From: Candidatus Sericytochromatia bacterium
GTDB lineage: Bacteria; Cyanobacteriota; Sericytochromatia; S15B-MN24; UBA4093
Reading direction: 5' to 3'
Length of the DNA: 64,000 nt
Assembly (NCBI GenBank): GCA_036676985.1
Contig: JAKFBU010000030.1
Coordinates: forward strand, 32,001 to 96,000
Shown here: positions 25,455 to 35,516 of the stretch, one piece after another
How positions within the stretch are numbered: position 1 is the stretch's first letter
How the letters are laid out: the number at the start of each line of letters is the position of its first letter
Made by a program: the position numbers and the translations under genes
The notes under the pieces: generated by a model
What the model saw: the letters and a program-made list of their open reading frames with translations, nothing else
What the model was told of the DNA's origin: nothing
Database searches by the model: none

Positions 25455-27155
25455 ATGGACGTTATGACCCGCAACTCTCCCGCTCGGCCGTCCGGCCAGC
25501 CCCGCCCCTACGCCACGGCGTTCCAGGACCTGGCTGCGGCCTTCAGCGCCTCCACCCTGGCCGCGAACGGCAGCCGGGCCCTGTCGCCCCTCAAGCTGCC
25601 GGAGCGCCCATGGACGCCGCTCGACCTGGATACGGTCCTGCTGGATGTCCTGAGCAAGGTGGCCCAGATCGCCAAGGCCGATCGCGGCTTCATCTCCCTG
25701 GTCGACGAGTCCGGAGGGCCGATTTACTCATTGGTTCTCGGGGGCACGGGCGACGTCCATACGCTGTTCCCGTACTGCACCACCCTGCTGCAGGACGTGA
25801 TGACCGAACGCAGGCCCCTCTGGATCGACGACGCCCAGCGTCACCCCCTCTTGCAGCACTCCGACAGCGTCTTCGAGCTCGGGCTGAGAAACTTGATCGT
25901 CTTGCCGCTCCTGCTGTCGGAGGTGGTGGTGGGCGTCATCTACATGGACCGGAGCTCCCTCGAAGAGCGGCTCACCCCCTCGGATCACGCGATCCTCGAG
26001 AGCTTCGCGACCTACGCGGCCCTGGCCGTCCACAGCGTGTGGGCCAACAACGAGATGTCCGCCCGCGTTCGGAAGCTCCAGCTCATCAACGAGGTCTCCC
26101 TGGCGATCAGCGCCACCCGCAAGATCGAGCGCCTGCTCTCGTTGATTCTCCAGCACTGCTTGTCGCTCTCCGGCGGCGACCAGGGCTACATCCTGCTGGG
26201 CACCCACGGCGACCTCAAGTGTCTCGCCAGCCTGGACAGCTCCGGGCAGCCGGTGGAAACCCTCGCGATCAGCCGCAGCATCGTCTCGCGCTGCATCGAC
26301 GAGCGACGCGCGATCTGCATCCTCGATACGGGCCTGGACGCGGCCAACCAGACGGCCAGCGTGATGGCGCTCGACTTGCGATCGGTCATCTGCGTCCCAT
26401 TGGTGGCGAGCCAGCAGCAGCTCGGTGCGCTGTACATCAGCAGCAACGCCATCACCAAGACCTTCACGGCCCAGGATCAGTCCCTGCTGGAGGCGATCGC
26501 GAACCAGGCGGCCCTCACCATCCAGAACGCCCAGTTGCTCGACGAGCAGGAGCGCCAGATCCATGAACTGGAGCGGGCCCTCCAGCTGGTCCACGAGGCT
26601 CAGATCAAGGCCGTGACGGACGGATTGACGGGGCTCTTCAACCATCGCTTCTTCAAGGAGCAGTTGATCAACGCCCTGGCGGAGGCCGAGCGCTACGGCA
26701 CGCCGCTCAGCGTCATCATGGTGGACCTGGACCACTTCAAGCGGATCAACGACACCTACGGCCACCAGACGGGCGACGAGGTGCTCCGCCAAGCCAGCGC
26801 GTGCCTTCGCCAGACGGTCCGCGACAGCGACATCGTGGCGCGGTATGGCGGGGAGGAACTGGCCGTCTTGCTGCCCCATACCGACGCCGCCGGGGGCGCC
26901 TTGGCCGCCGAACGGATCCGCGAGGCCATTGCCGCCATGGCCTTGACGACGATCGCGGGCGAGCCCTTCACCGTCACGGCGAGCTTGGGCGTCGCCTCGC
27001 TGAGGGAGGGTTCGACCGCCGTCGAGCTGCTGGAACGTGCGGACAAGGCCCTCTACTCGGCCAAGCACGGCGGGCGCAATCAGGTGGGACTGGATGATCC
27101 GGCGGCCGCCACGAGCCTGAATCCCGCTCCGGAGAAACCTCCGAGCGGCTCCTAG
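25455..27155 (+). CDS. GAF-GAF-GGDEF diguanylate cyclase
   Basis: DGLTGLFN, DLDHFKRINDTYGHQTGD, RDSD I-site, RYGGEEL, ADKALYSAKHGGRN. Confidence 0.92.
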   Translation: MDVMTRNSPARPSGQPRPYATAFQDLAAAFSASTLAANGSRALSPLKLPERPWTPLDLDTVLLDVLSKVAQIAKADRGFISLVDESGGPIYSLVLGGTGDVHTLFPYCTTLLQDVMTERRPLWIDDAQRHPLLQHSDSVFELGLRNLIVLPLLLSEVVVGVIYMDRSSLEERLTPSDHAILESFATYAALAVHSVWANNEMSARVRKLQLINEVSLAISATRKIERLLSLILQHCLSLSGGDQGYILLGTHGDLKCLASLDSSGQPVETLAISRSIVSRCIDERRAICILDTGLDAANQTASVMALDLRSVICVPLVASQQQLGALYISSNAITKTFTAQDQSLLEAIANQAALTIQNAQLLDEQERQIHELERALQLVHEAQIKAVTDGLTGLFNHRFFKEQLINALAEAERYGTPLSVIMVDLDHFKRINDTYGHQTGDEVLRQASACLRQTVRDSDIVARYGGEELAVLLPHTDAAGGALAAERIREAIAAMALTTIAGEPFTVTASLGVASLREGSTAVELLERADKALYSAKHGGRNQVGLDDPAAATSLNPAPEKPPSGS

Positions 27156-27736
27156 ATGTCTTTTCGCTCGGCCCACTTGCGGCCTAGATCGGGCACCTGG
27201 TAGCGCTCCAGCCGATCCAGGAGGCGTCGCGGATCGGGCTCCAAGCACAGGAGGGCCTGGTGCGACTCGGGGATGAAGCCCTCGGCCACACCCCGCTCCA
27301 CCAGGGCCAGGAGGGGATCGTAGTAGCCCTCCACGTCCAGCAGGCCGACGGCCTTGCGGTGGATGCCCAGCTGCCCCCAGGTCACCACTTCGAAGAGCTC
27401 TTCGAACGTGCCGAAGCCCCCCGGCATGGCGATGAAGGCGTCCGACTTGGCCGCCATGAGGGCCTTGCGCTCGTGCATGGTGCCGACCACATGCAGCTCG
27501 GTCAGGCCGCGATGGGATAGCTCGCGCGACACCAGGGCCTCGGGGATGACGCCGATGACCTCGCCGCCCCGCGCGAGCACCTCGTCCGCGATGGCGCCCA
27601 TCAGCCCGACGCTGGCCCCACCGTACACCAGGCCATAGCCCCGCTCCACAAGAGCGGCCCCCAGCTCCCGGGCGGCCTCCAGGTAGGCGTCGCGCGCCCC
27701 CGGCTTCGATCCACAAAACACGCACACGCGCTGCAT
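27152..27736 (-). CDS. LOG family phosphoribohydrolase
   Basis: VFCGS, YGGASVGLMG, MHERK, PGGFGTFEE. Confidence 0.92.
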   Translation of the reverse strand: MQRVCVFCGSKPGARDAYLEAARELGAALVERGYGLVYGGASVGLMGAIADEVLARGGEVIGVIPEALVSRELSHRGLTELHVVGTMHERKALMAAKSDAFIAMPGGFGTFEELFEVVTWGQLGIHRKAVGLLDVEGYYDPLLALVERGVAEGFIPESHQALLCLEPDPRRLLDRLERYQVPDLGRKWAERKDI

Positions 27737-27880
27737 GAAAGGTCCTTCTTCCCACCGTATCCGCCGGCTTCCGTCCGGCCCGCATCGCCGCCCGGCATCG
27801 GTCCTCCGGGCGCCGCGAATCCACCATTATTCCACACGCGGACGGTCAAACGACCTACTCAATATTCCGTTACACTTTCC

Positions 27881-27909
27881 TTGACCCGGGGCTCCCGCAG
27901 GCGTACAGT
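27881..27909 (+). promoter_or_regulatory. Sigma70 promoter of the gap operon
   Basis: TTGACC-N17-TACAGT. Confidence 0.55.
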
Positions 27910-27923
27910 TAAGCGAGGGATAA

Positions 27924-28967
<1,044 letters not shown>

Positions 28968-28970
28968 GCC

Positions 28971-30173
28971 ATGGCGAGCAAGAAGAGCGTCGCGGACCTC
29001 GGTCCGCAAGATCTCAAGGACAAGCGGGTGCTGGTCCGGGCGGACTTCAACGTCCCCATGGACGATGGCCGGATCACGGACGACACCCGCATCCGCGCCA
29101 CCTTGCCCACCATCAAGTACCTGACGGACCGGGGCGCCAAGGTTCTCTTGACGTCCCACCTCGGCCGTCCCAAGGGCAAGACCCCCGAGCTGACGCTTCA
29201 GCCGGTGGCCAAGCGCCTGGGCGAGCTCCTGGGCCAGGACGTGCGCATGGCGCCCGACGCCATCGGCCCCGAGGTCCAGAAGCTCGCCGAGGACCTCAAG
29301 CCCGGAGATGTCCTCCTCCTCGAGAACATCCGCTTCTACCCGGAAGAGGAGAAGAACGACCCCGCGTTCGCCAAGCAGCTCGCCTCCGAGGCGGACCTCT
29401 ACGTGAACGACGCCTTCGGCACCGCCCACCGGGCGCATGCCTCCACGGCCGGGGTCGCCGAGTACCTGCCCGCGGTCGCGGGCCTCTTGCTCGACAAGGA
29501 GATCTCGGTGATGGGCAAGGCCCTCTCGAACCCCGAGCGGCCCTTCGTCGCCATCATCGGCGGCTCCAAGGTCTCGAGCAAGATCGGCGTCATCGAGAAC
29601 CTGATCGGCAAGGTCGACACGCTCGTCATCGGCGGCGGGATGATCTTCACCTTCTTCAAGGCCCAGGGCCTCGAGGTCGGGCGATCGCTCGTCGAAGCGG
29701 ACAAGCTGGAGCTCGCCCGCGAGCTCATGACCAAGGCCGCCGCCAGCGGGACCACGCTCCTGCTGCCCGTGGACGTCCTCGTCGCCCCCGACATCAAGGC
29801 CGCTAAGGCCAGTGCCGTGGTCGACGTCGACAAGATCCCGCCCACCGAGATGGGCGTGGACATCGGCCCCAAGTCCATCGAGGCCATCCGCCGGGCCCTC
29901 GGCGACTCCAAGACGATCGTCTGGAACGGTCCCATGGGCGTCTTCGAGAACCCGGCCTTCGCCGAGGGGACCCGGGCCGTGGCCCAGTTCGCGGCGGAGC
30001 GGACCGAGAAGGGCGCCACCACCATCGTGGGCGGCGGCGACTCGGTGGCGGCCATCGAGCAGATGGGCCTCGCCGACAGGTTCACCCACGTTTCGACCGG
30101 CGGCGGCGCCTCGCTCGAGTTCCTCGAAGGGCTCGAGCTCCCGGGCGTCGCGGCCCTGAGTGAGAAAGCATGA
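28971..30173 (+). CDS. pgk: Phosphoglycerate kinase
   Basis: [38 protein letters not shown]. Confidence 0.98.
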   Translation: MASKKSVADLGPQDLKDKRVLVRADFNVPMDDGRITDDTRIRATLPTIKYLTDRGAKVLLTSHLGRPKGKTPELTLQPVAKRLGELLGQDVRMAPDAIGPEVQKLAEDLKPGDVLLLENIRFYPEEEKNDPAFAKQLASEADLYVNDAFGTAHRAHASTAGVAEYLPAVAGLLLDKEISVMGKALSNPERPFVAIIGGSKVSSKIGVIENLIGKVDTLVIGGGMIFTFFKAQGLEVGRSLVEADKLELARELMTKAAASGTTLLLPVDVLVAPDIKAAKASAVVDVDKIPPTEMGVDIGPKSIEAIRRALGDSKTIVWNGPMGVFENPAFAEGTRAVAQFAAERTEKGATTIVGGGDSVAAIEQMGLADRFTHVSTGGGASLEFLEGLELPGVAALSEKA

Positions 30174-30943
30174 GCAAGCGCAAGCCGGTCATCGCCGGCA
30201 ACTGGAAGATGTTCAAGACGACCCAGGAAGCCCGCGACTTCGCGCGCGGGCTCTCCGAGGAGCTCAAGCGCACGACCGATCCCACGGTGGTGATCTGCCC
30301 GCCCTTCACCTCGCTGCACGTGCTCCGCGAGGAGCTCGGCAACACCGAGGTGCAGCTCGGCGCGCAGAACATGCACTGGATGGACGAGGGCGCCTACACC
30401 GGCGAGATCTCGCCCGTGATGCTCCGGGACGCGGGGGCCACCCACGTGATCATCGGGCACTCGGAGCGGCGCCAGTACTTCCACGAGACGGACGGCACGG
30501 TCAACCGCAAGGTCCAGGCCGCCCTCCAGTGGCAGCTCACGCCGATCATCTGCGTCGGTGAGACGCTCGAGGACCGCGAGGTCCAGCTCACGGACAACGT
30601 GATCATCGTCCAGACCCAGCGGGCGCTGTTGAACATCGCCCCGGAGCTGGTCGCGCAGTGCATGTTCGCGTACGAGCCCGTCTGGGCCATCGGCACGGGC
30701 AAGACCTGCGCGTCGGACGAGGCCAACCGGGTCTGCGGCATCATCCGCGAGACGGTGGGCAAGATGGCCGGGCCCGAAGTGGCGGATGCCGTGCGCATCC
30801 TCTACGGCGGCTCGGTCAAGCCCGAGACGATCGCCGAGCAGATGGCCCAGCCGCACATCGACGGAGCCCTGGTCGGCGGCGCGAGCCTCGACCCCAAGAG
30901 CTTCGGGGCCATCGTCAACTTCCGTTCGGCCGCCGCACGCTAA
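30170..30943 (+). CDS. tpiA: Triosephosphate isomerase
   Basis: [27 protein letters not shown]. Confidence 0.98.
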   Translation: MSKRKPVIAGNWKMFKTTQEARDFARGLSEELKRTTDPTVVICPPFTSLHVLREELGNTEVQLGAQNMHWMDEGAYTGEISPVMLRDAGATHVIIGHSERRQYFHETDGTVNRKVQAALQWQLTPIICVGETLEDREVQLTDNVIIVQTQRALLNIAPELVAQCMFAYEPVWAIGTGKTCASDEANRVCGIIRETVGKMAGPEVADAVRILYGGSVKPETIAEQMAQPHIDGALVGGASLDPKSFGAIVNFRSAAAR

Positions 30944-31000
30944 GTCCCCTTCGGGACTGACCTGGAGACCCTCCCTGGCTGCAGCCGCCCTTCCGGTGGC

Positions 31001-31034
31001 TTCCCCCCTTCTAGAGGGGGGGCCAGGGGGGGTC
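31001..31034. repeat. C7/G6 homopolymer-hairpin dispersed repeat, copy A
   Basis: Reverse complement GACCCCCCCTGGCCCCCCCTCTAGAAGGGGGGAA resembles 60881-60910. Confidence 0.55.
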
Positions 31035-31109
31035 CTCCTCTTATCGTCGCACAGTTTTTGGCCCGCCCGCAGCTTGAAATAGGCTCACGGCGCACGTTAG
31101 GGTGAAATC

Positions 31110-32651
31110 ATGAAAAACGGACCGCTCGCACTCATCGTATTGGACGGCTGGGGCATCAACCCGCGGCCGGAAGGCAACGCGATCGCCATGGCCCAGAAGC
31201 CCAACTGGGACCGCTTCATGGCGACCTACCCGTGCGTGCCGATCCCCACGTCGGGCGAGTCGGTCGGCCTGCCGCCCGGGCAGATGGGCAACTCCGAGGT
31301 GGGCCACACCAACATGGGCGCGGGCCGGGTGGTCTACCAGGACCTCGTGCGCATCAACAAATCCATCTACGACGGGGACTTCTTCGAGAACCCGGTGCTC
31401 GTCGAGGCCATGCAGGCCGCCAAGCGCAAGGGCGGTCGGGTCCACCTCATCGGGCTGGTCTCGGACGGCGGCGTCCACAGCTCCCTGGAGCACCTCTACG
31501 CCCTCTTGGAGCTCGCGAGCCGCCAGAGCGTCCCCAGCATCTTCGTCCATGCCTTCATGGACGGCCGGGACACGCCGCCCACCTCGGGCGGGCGCTTCCT
31601 GTACGAGCTCGACAAGCGACTGGCCGCCACGAGCGGCGCCCAGCTCGCCACCATCGTCGGCCGCTACTACGCCATGGACCGCGACAAGCGCTGGGACCGG
31701 GTGGAGCTCGCGTACCGCGCGATGGTGGACGGCGTGGCCGAGCACCATGCCCGTACGGGTTCCGAGGGCATGTCCGAAGCCTACGCGCGGGGCGAGACCG
31801 ACGAGTTCATCAAGCCCATCCTCGTGGCCGAGGACGGCCGGATCCGCACGGGCGACACGGTGATCTTCTTCAACTTCCGGCCGGACCGGGCCCGCGAGAT
31901 CACCCGGACGCTCATCGACCCCGCCTTCAACGAGTTCGAGCGCCCGAACCAGCCGGACGTGCACTTCGTGTGCATGACCCAGTACGACGAGAGCTTCAAG
32001 CTGCCGCTCGCCTTCGGCCCCCAGAGCCTGGACCGCATCCTGTCCCCGGTGCTGGCGGACGCCGGCGTGCGCCAGCTGCGCACGGCCGAGACCGAGAAGT
32101 ACGCGCACGTGACCTTCTTCTTCAACGGCGGGGTCGAGAAGCCCTATCCCGGCGAGGAGCGGGTGCTGGTGCCGAGCCCCAAGGTGGCGACGTACGATCT
32201 GCAGCCGGAGATGAGCGCGTTCCAGGTGGCGGACGTGGCCGAGCAGTGGATCAAGGACGCCAAGGCGGACGTCATCATCATGAACCTGGCCAACGCGGAC
32301 ATGGTGGGCCACACGGGCAACATGGGCGCGACGGTCAAGGCCATCGAGGCCCTGGACATCTGTCTGGGCCGGATCATCGGGGCCATCGAGGCCAAGGGGG
32401 GCACGGCCCTCATCACGGCGGACCACGGCAACGCCGAGCAGATGTACGATCCGGCCTCCGGCGAGATCGTCACCTCGCACACGCTGAACCCGGTGCCCCT
32501 CATCCTGGTGGGCGGCCAGGGCGCCAAGCTGCAGAGCGGCCTCTTGTCGGACATCGCGCCGACCATGCTCGACCTTCTGGGCATCCCGCAGCCCAAGCAG
32601 ATGACGGGGCACTCGCTCCTGGTCCGCGAGCCGTCCACGCTGATCAAGTGA
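31110..32651 (+). CDS. gpmI: 2,3-BPG-independent phosphoglycerate mutase
   Basis: LDGWG, GQMGNSEVGH, SDGGVHS, DGRDT, NFRPDR, AETEKYAHVT, ADHGNAE. Confidence 0.97.
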   Translation: MKNGPLALIVLDGWGINPRPEGNAIAMAQKPNWDRFMATYPCVPIPTSGESVGLPPGQMGNSEVGHTNMGAGRVVYQDLVRINKSIYDGDFFENPVLVEAMQAAKRKGGRVHLIGLVSDGGVHSSLEHLYALLELASRQSVPSIFVHAFMDGRDTPPTSGGRFLYELDKRLAATSGAQLATIVGRYYAMDRDKRWDRVELAYRAMVDGVAEHHARTGSEGMSEAYARGETDEFIKPILVAEDGRIRTGDTVIFFNFRPDRAREITRTLIDPAFNEFERPNQPDVHFVCMTQYDESFKLPLAFGPQSLDRILSPVLADAGVRQLRTAETEKYAHVTFFFNGGVEKPYPGEERVLVPSPKVATYDLQPEMSAFQVADVAEQWIKDAKADVIIMNLANADMVGHTGNMGATVKAIEALDICLGRIIGAIEAKGGTALITADHGNAEQMYDPASGEIVTSHTLNPVPLILVGGQGAKLQSGLLSDIAPTMLDLLGIPQPKQMTGHSLLVREPSTLIK

Positions 32652-33487
32652 GGCTCACGCTCGCCCTGACCGCGCTGGCCATCCTCTGGCCCGGTACGGT
32701 CTGGGCCCGAGAAGCCGTCCGGTACCGGGCGCGCGTGCTGCCGACGGCCACGGTCCATGTCCTGGAAGTACCGCCGGGGCACGAGATCCGGCCCATGCTG
32801 GCCCCGGCCCGGCGCACGGTCCGCGCCTGGGTCCGGGAGCAAGGGGCCGTCGCGGGCCTCAACGGCGGCTACTTCAACCATCAGGACGGGGTCAGCGCCT
32901 CCTACGTCACCATCGACGGCGGCCTCCGCTCGGATCCGCACGACAACGACCTGCTGGTCAACAACCCCAAGCTAAAGCCCTACCTGGGGCGAATCTTCCA
33001 TCGCACGGAGCTCCGGGTGCTCGCGGGGCCGAGCGGCACATGCTGGCGGCTCGCTCCCCATGCCGAGCCCCTGCCCGCGGGCTATCGGCTGATGCACGCC
33101 CTGCAGGCGGGTCCGCGCCTGCTGCCGACCCTGCGACTGGAGCAAGAGGGCTTTGTCGCCTACGGCCGACGCGACGCCCAGGGTCGGCGGCCGCTCGTGC
33201 GGGACGGCATCGCCGCCTATGGGCGGGCCGCGCGCAGCGCCCTCGGCCTGAGGCCGGACGGCACCATGCTGCTCGTCGCGGCCCTCGGGCCCGAAGGCGG
33301 CGGGTTGACGCTGCCGGAGCTGCGGGACCTGCTCGCCTCCGAGGGCTGCTCGGAGGCCCTGAACCTGGACGGGGGCAGCTCGACGTCACTGGTGGTCCGA
33401 GACGGCGATCGCCTCAACGAATACGCCCCGCCGAAGGGCGGGGCGAAGGTGCGATCGGTGCTCTTGATCCTACCGCTTCGGCGGTAG
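32648..33487 (+). CDS. Secreted phosphodiester glycosidase (NAGPA/DUF2233-like)
   Basis: GTG overlapping the gpmI stop; signal peptide; NGGYF, AGPRL, RSALG, ALNLDGGSS. Confidence 0.82.
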   Translation: MRLTLALTALAILWPGTVWAREAVRYRARVLPTATVHVLEVPPGHEIRPMLAPARRTVRAWVREQGAVAGLNGGYFNHQDGVSASYVTIDGGLRSDPHDNDLLVNNPKLKPYLGRIFHRTELRVLAGPSGTCWRLAPHAEPLPAGYRLMHALQAGPRLLPTLRLEQEGFVAYGRRDAQGRRPLVRDGIAAYGRAARSALGLRPDGTMLLVAALGPEGGGLTLPELRDLLASEGCSEALNLDGGSSTSLVVRDGDRLNEYAPPKGGAKVRSVLLILPLRR

Positions 33488-33814
33488 GGCCTTGCCGAGG
33501 GGCTTGCCGCCCCGGAGGATGCGAACCATCAGGGGGACGTCGGTCGCATAGACGGCGGGCATGGACTTGGCATCGTGGTGCGAGACGCAGCGGCGATGGG
33601 CCATGAAGTCCTTCGAGATCCCCTTGGCCAGCAGGACGCTGGGACGGGTCGGCTGGCGGTTGGTCGGATCCACGAACACCGCGCACTCCTGACAGACCAG
33701 CTGCTCGCAGAGCACGCAGGCCTCCTCGAGGCTGGCCATGCCGCACCGGCACGCCGCCAGATCCTCTTTCGGCAGAAAGACGATGGAGGGGCGGTGCGAG
33801 GTCGTGAAGCGCAT
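33470..33814 (-). CDS. Small Cys/His-rich putative zinc-binding protein
   Basis: CRC..CVLC..VCQEC..HRRC..HH; RBS AAAGGA. Confidence 0.65.
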   Translation of the reverse strand: MRFTTSHRPSIVFLPKEDLAACRCGMASLEEACVLCEQLVCQECAVFVDPTNRQPTRPSVLLAKGISKDFMAHRRCVSHHDAKSMPAVYATDVPLMVRILRGGKPLGKALPPKR

Positions 33815-34212
33815 GGCGTCAGTTCCTTTCTAGGGAGCTGTCAGGTGCCTGAACCCATCAACCCTGGGTTGCTCCGGTTGTACCATTGACCTAACGAGTA
33901 GACAGCGGTGATCTGGACAAAGTTCGTTGCACAGCCCCCGGTGAGGCGCGCAGCATGACCCTTCCAGCCGACTACGTCACGAGGATGGGGCGCCAATCAT
34001 ATCAACGATAGCAAACATTTACCCATGCTTGCAAGAGTTTATTAACGTTTGCTATCCCGGGAGATAACACTGATTTATCCGCTGGTCGGGGAGCGAACTT
34101 GCGTGCTCCGGAGCGTCTGTAACGCGCGTCACGCCTCCGGTTAAAAGATCGCAAACTTTGGGAATTAAGGAGCCAAGGGTTCCGTCTCCACGCGATCGAG
34201 GAGGTAACGACC

Positions 34213-34410
34213 ATGTTGCCCAGTTCCTACGAAGCCGAGATCCGGGTGCGCGTCAAGCTGGACGCCAACAACGAGGCCGAGGCCCAGGAGATCCTGGCCC
34301 GCCACATCCACCGCATGGTCAAGTACCGCGAAGCCGAGACCACCGAGGTCTTCCCGATCGGCATCCGCGAGCTGACGCTCACGACCACGCCCGACGAGAG
34401 TTTGCACTAG
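34213..34410 (+). CDS. Small hypothetical protein (65 aa)
   Basis: RBS GAGGAGG, GC-rich third codon positions, terminator-like hairpin AGGCGCC..GGCGCCTTTTT after the stop. Confidence 0.7.
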   Translation: MLPSSYEAEIRVRVKLDANNEAEAQEILARHIHRMVKYREAETTEVFPIGIRELTLTTTPDESLH

Positions 34411-34417
34411 GCGCCTC

Positions 34418-35239
34418 TTAGGGCGCCTTTTTGATGTCCTGGCGCTGGGACAGCACCACGCGCTGCACGTCGGTGATCATCTGCTCCGAGTAGTGGTGCA
34501 CGGCGGCGACGATGTTCGGGATCATGAGGCTCACGATCAAGAGCCCCACGCCCGGCTTGATGGTCTGCACGAAGTCCAGCAGGTTCTGCGCCTGTGGCGT
34601 GGTGCGCTGGATGACGCCGAGGGTCACGTCGATGAGCAGGACCACGATGACGGCCGGCATGGCGAGCTGCAGGACGATGCCCAGCAGCGCCCCTGTCACC
34701 TGCAGCATGACCCCCCAGAGGGCGGGCGTGACGCGGAAGCCGCCCACCGGCACCAGCTCGTAGGACTGGAAGAAGCCCCCCAGGAACAGCAGGTGCCCTC
34801 CCATCAGGATGAAGACCGTGAGGGCCATGTAGTAGAAGATCTGCCCGGTCGGCGTCGAGTTGGTGCGGATCATGGGGTTCATGGTGGAGATCATCGTGAG
34901 GCCGATGGCCTGCGCCACGAAGTCGCCCGCCCCCTGGATGGCGAAGTGGATGATCGAGGCCGCGAAGCCGATCGCCATGCCGAAGAACAGCTCGGAGATC
35001 AGCACGATCGTGAAGGCCAAGAAGTGGCTCGGCGCCGGTACCATGTCGGGCTGGCTCGCGACGTAGACGAGCGCCAGGGAGAAGGCCAGCCCCACGCGCC
35101 CCATGGCCGGGATCACGCGGCTTCCGAAGATCGGCGCCTGCAGGCAGAGGCCGACGCAGCGAGCGAGGATCAGCAGGAAGCCGGGGGTGAGGAGCGCCAA
35201 CCAGTTGGCAAATTGAATGAGCCCCTGGTCGCCCCGCAT
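34418..35239 (-). CDS. fliR: Flagellar export protein FliR
   Basis: Polytopic; APIFG, AGDFVAQAIGL, GGHLLF; follows fliQ. Confidence 0.88.
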   Translation of the reverse strand: MRGDQGLIQFANWLALLTPGFLLILARCVGLCLQAPIFGSRVIPAMGRVGLAFSLALVYVASQPDMVPAPSHFLAFTIVLISELFFGMAIGFAASIIHFAIQGAGDFVAQAIGLTMISTMNPMIRTNSTPTGQIFYYMALTVFILMGGHLLFLGGFFQSYELVPVGGFRVTPALWGVMLQVTGALLGIVLQLAMPAVIVVLLIDVTLGVIQRTTPQAQNLLDFVQTIKPGVGLLIVSLMIPNIVAAVHHYSEQMITDVQRVVLSQRQDIKKAP

Positions 35240-35240
35240 G

Positions 35241-35513
35241 CTACCGCACCAACATCTGAGGGATGCTCGACCACAGGCTCGTGAGGAAGCCCGTCATGGT
35301 CGAGAGCAGCCACGGCCCGAGCAGGATGAGGACGCCGAACACGGCGACCGCCTTCGGGACGAAGGACAGCGTCTGCTCCTGGATGGACGTGATGGTCTGC
35401 AGCAAGGCCACCGTGAACCCGACCACCAGGCTCGTGATGAGCACCGGCCCCGAGAGCAGGAGCACCATGATGACGGCCTGGGTGAGGACGTGCAGGACGG
35501 TCGTGTCGGACAT
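35241..35513 (-). CDS. fliQ: Flagellar export protein FliQ
   Basis: LQTITSIQEQTLSFVPK. Confidence 0.93.
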   Translation of the reverse strand: MSDTTVLHVLTQAVIMVLLLSGPVLITSLVVGFTVALLQTITSIQEQTLSFVPKAVAVFGVLILLGPWLLSTMTGFLTSLWSSIPQMLVR

Positions 35514-35516
35514 GGC

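Noticed and set aside
27152-27736. LOG protein as part of the signalling island or a defence system
   Set aside because: Ordinary stand-alone LOG with the canonical PGGxGTxEE motif, convergent with the DGC; no supporting link
31232-32647. 751-aa ORF overlapping gpmI
   Set aside because: Only the part from GTG 32648 is protein-like; the upstream part is an alternate frame of gpmI
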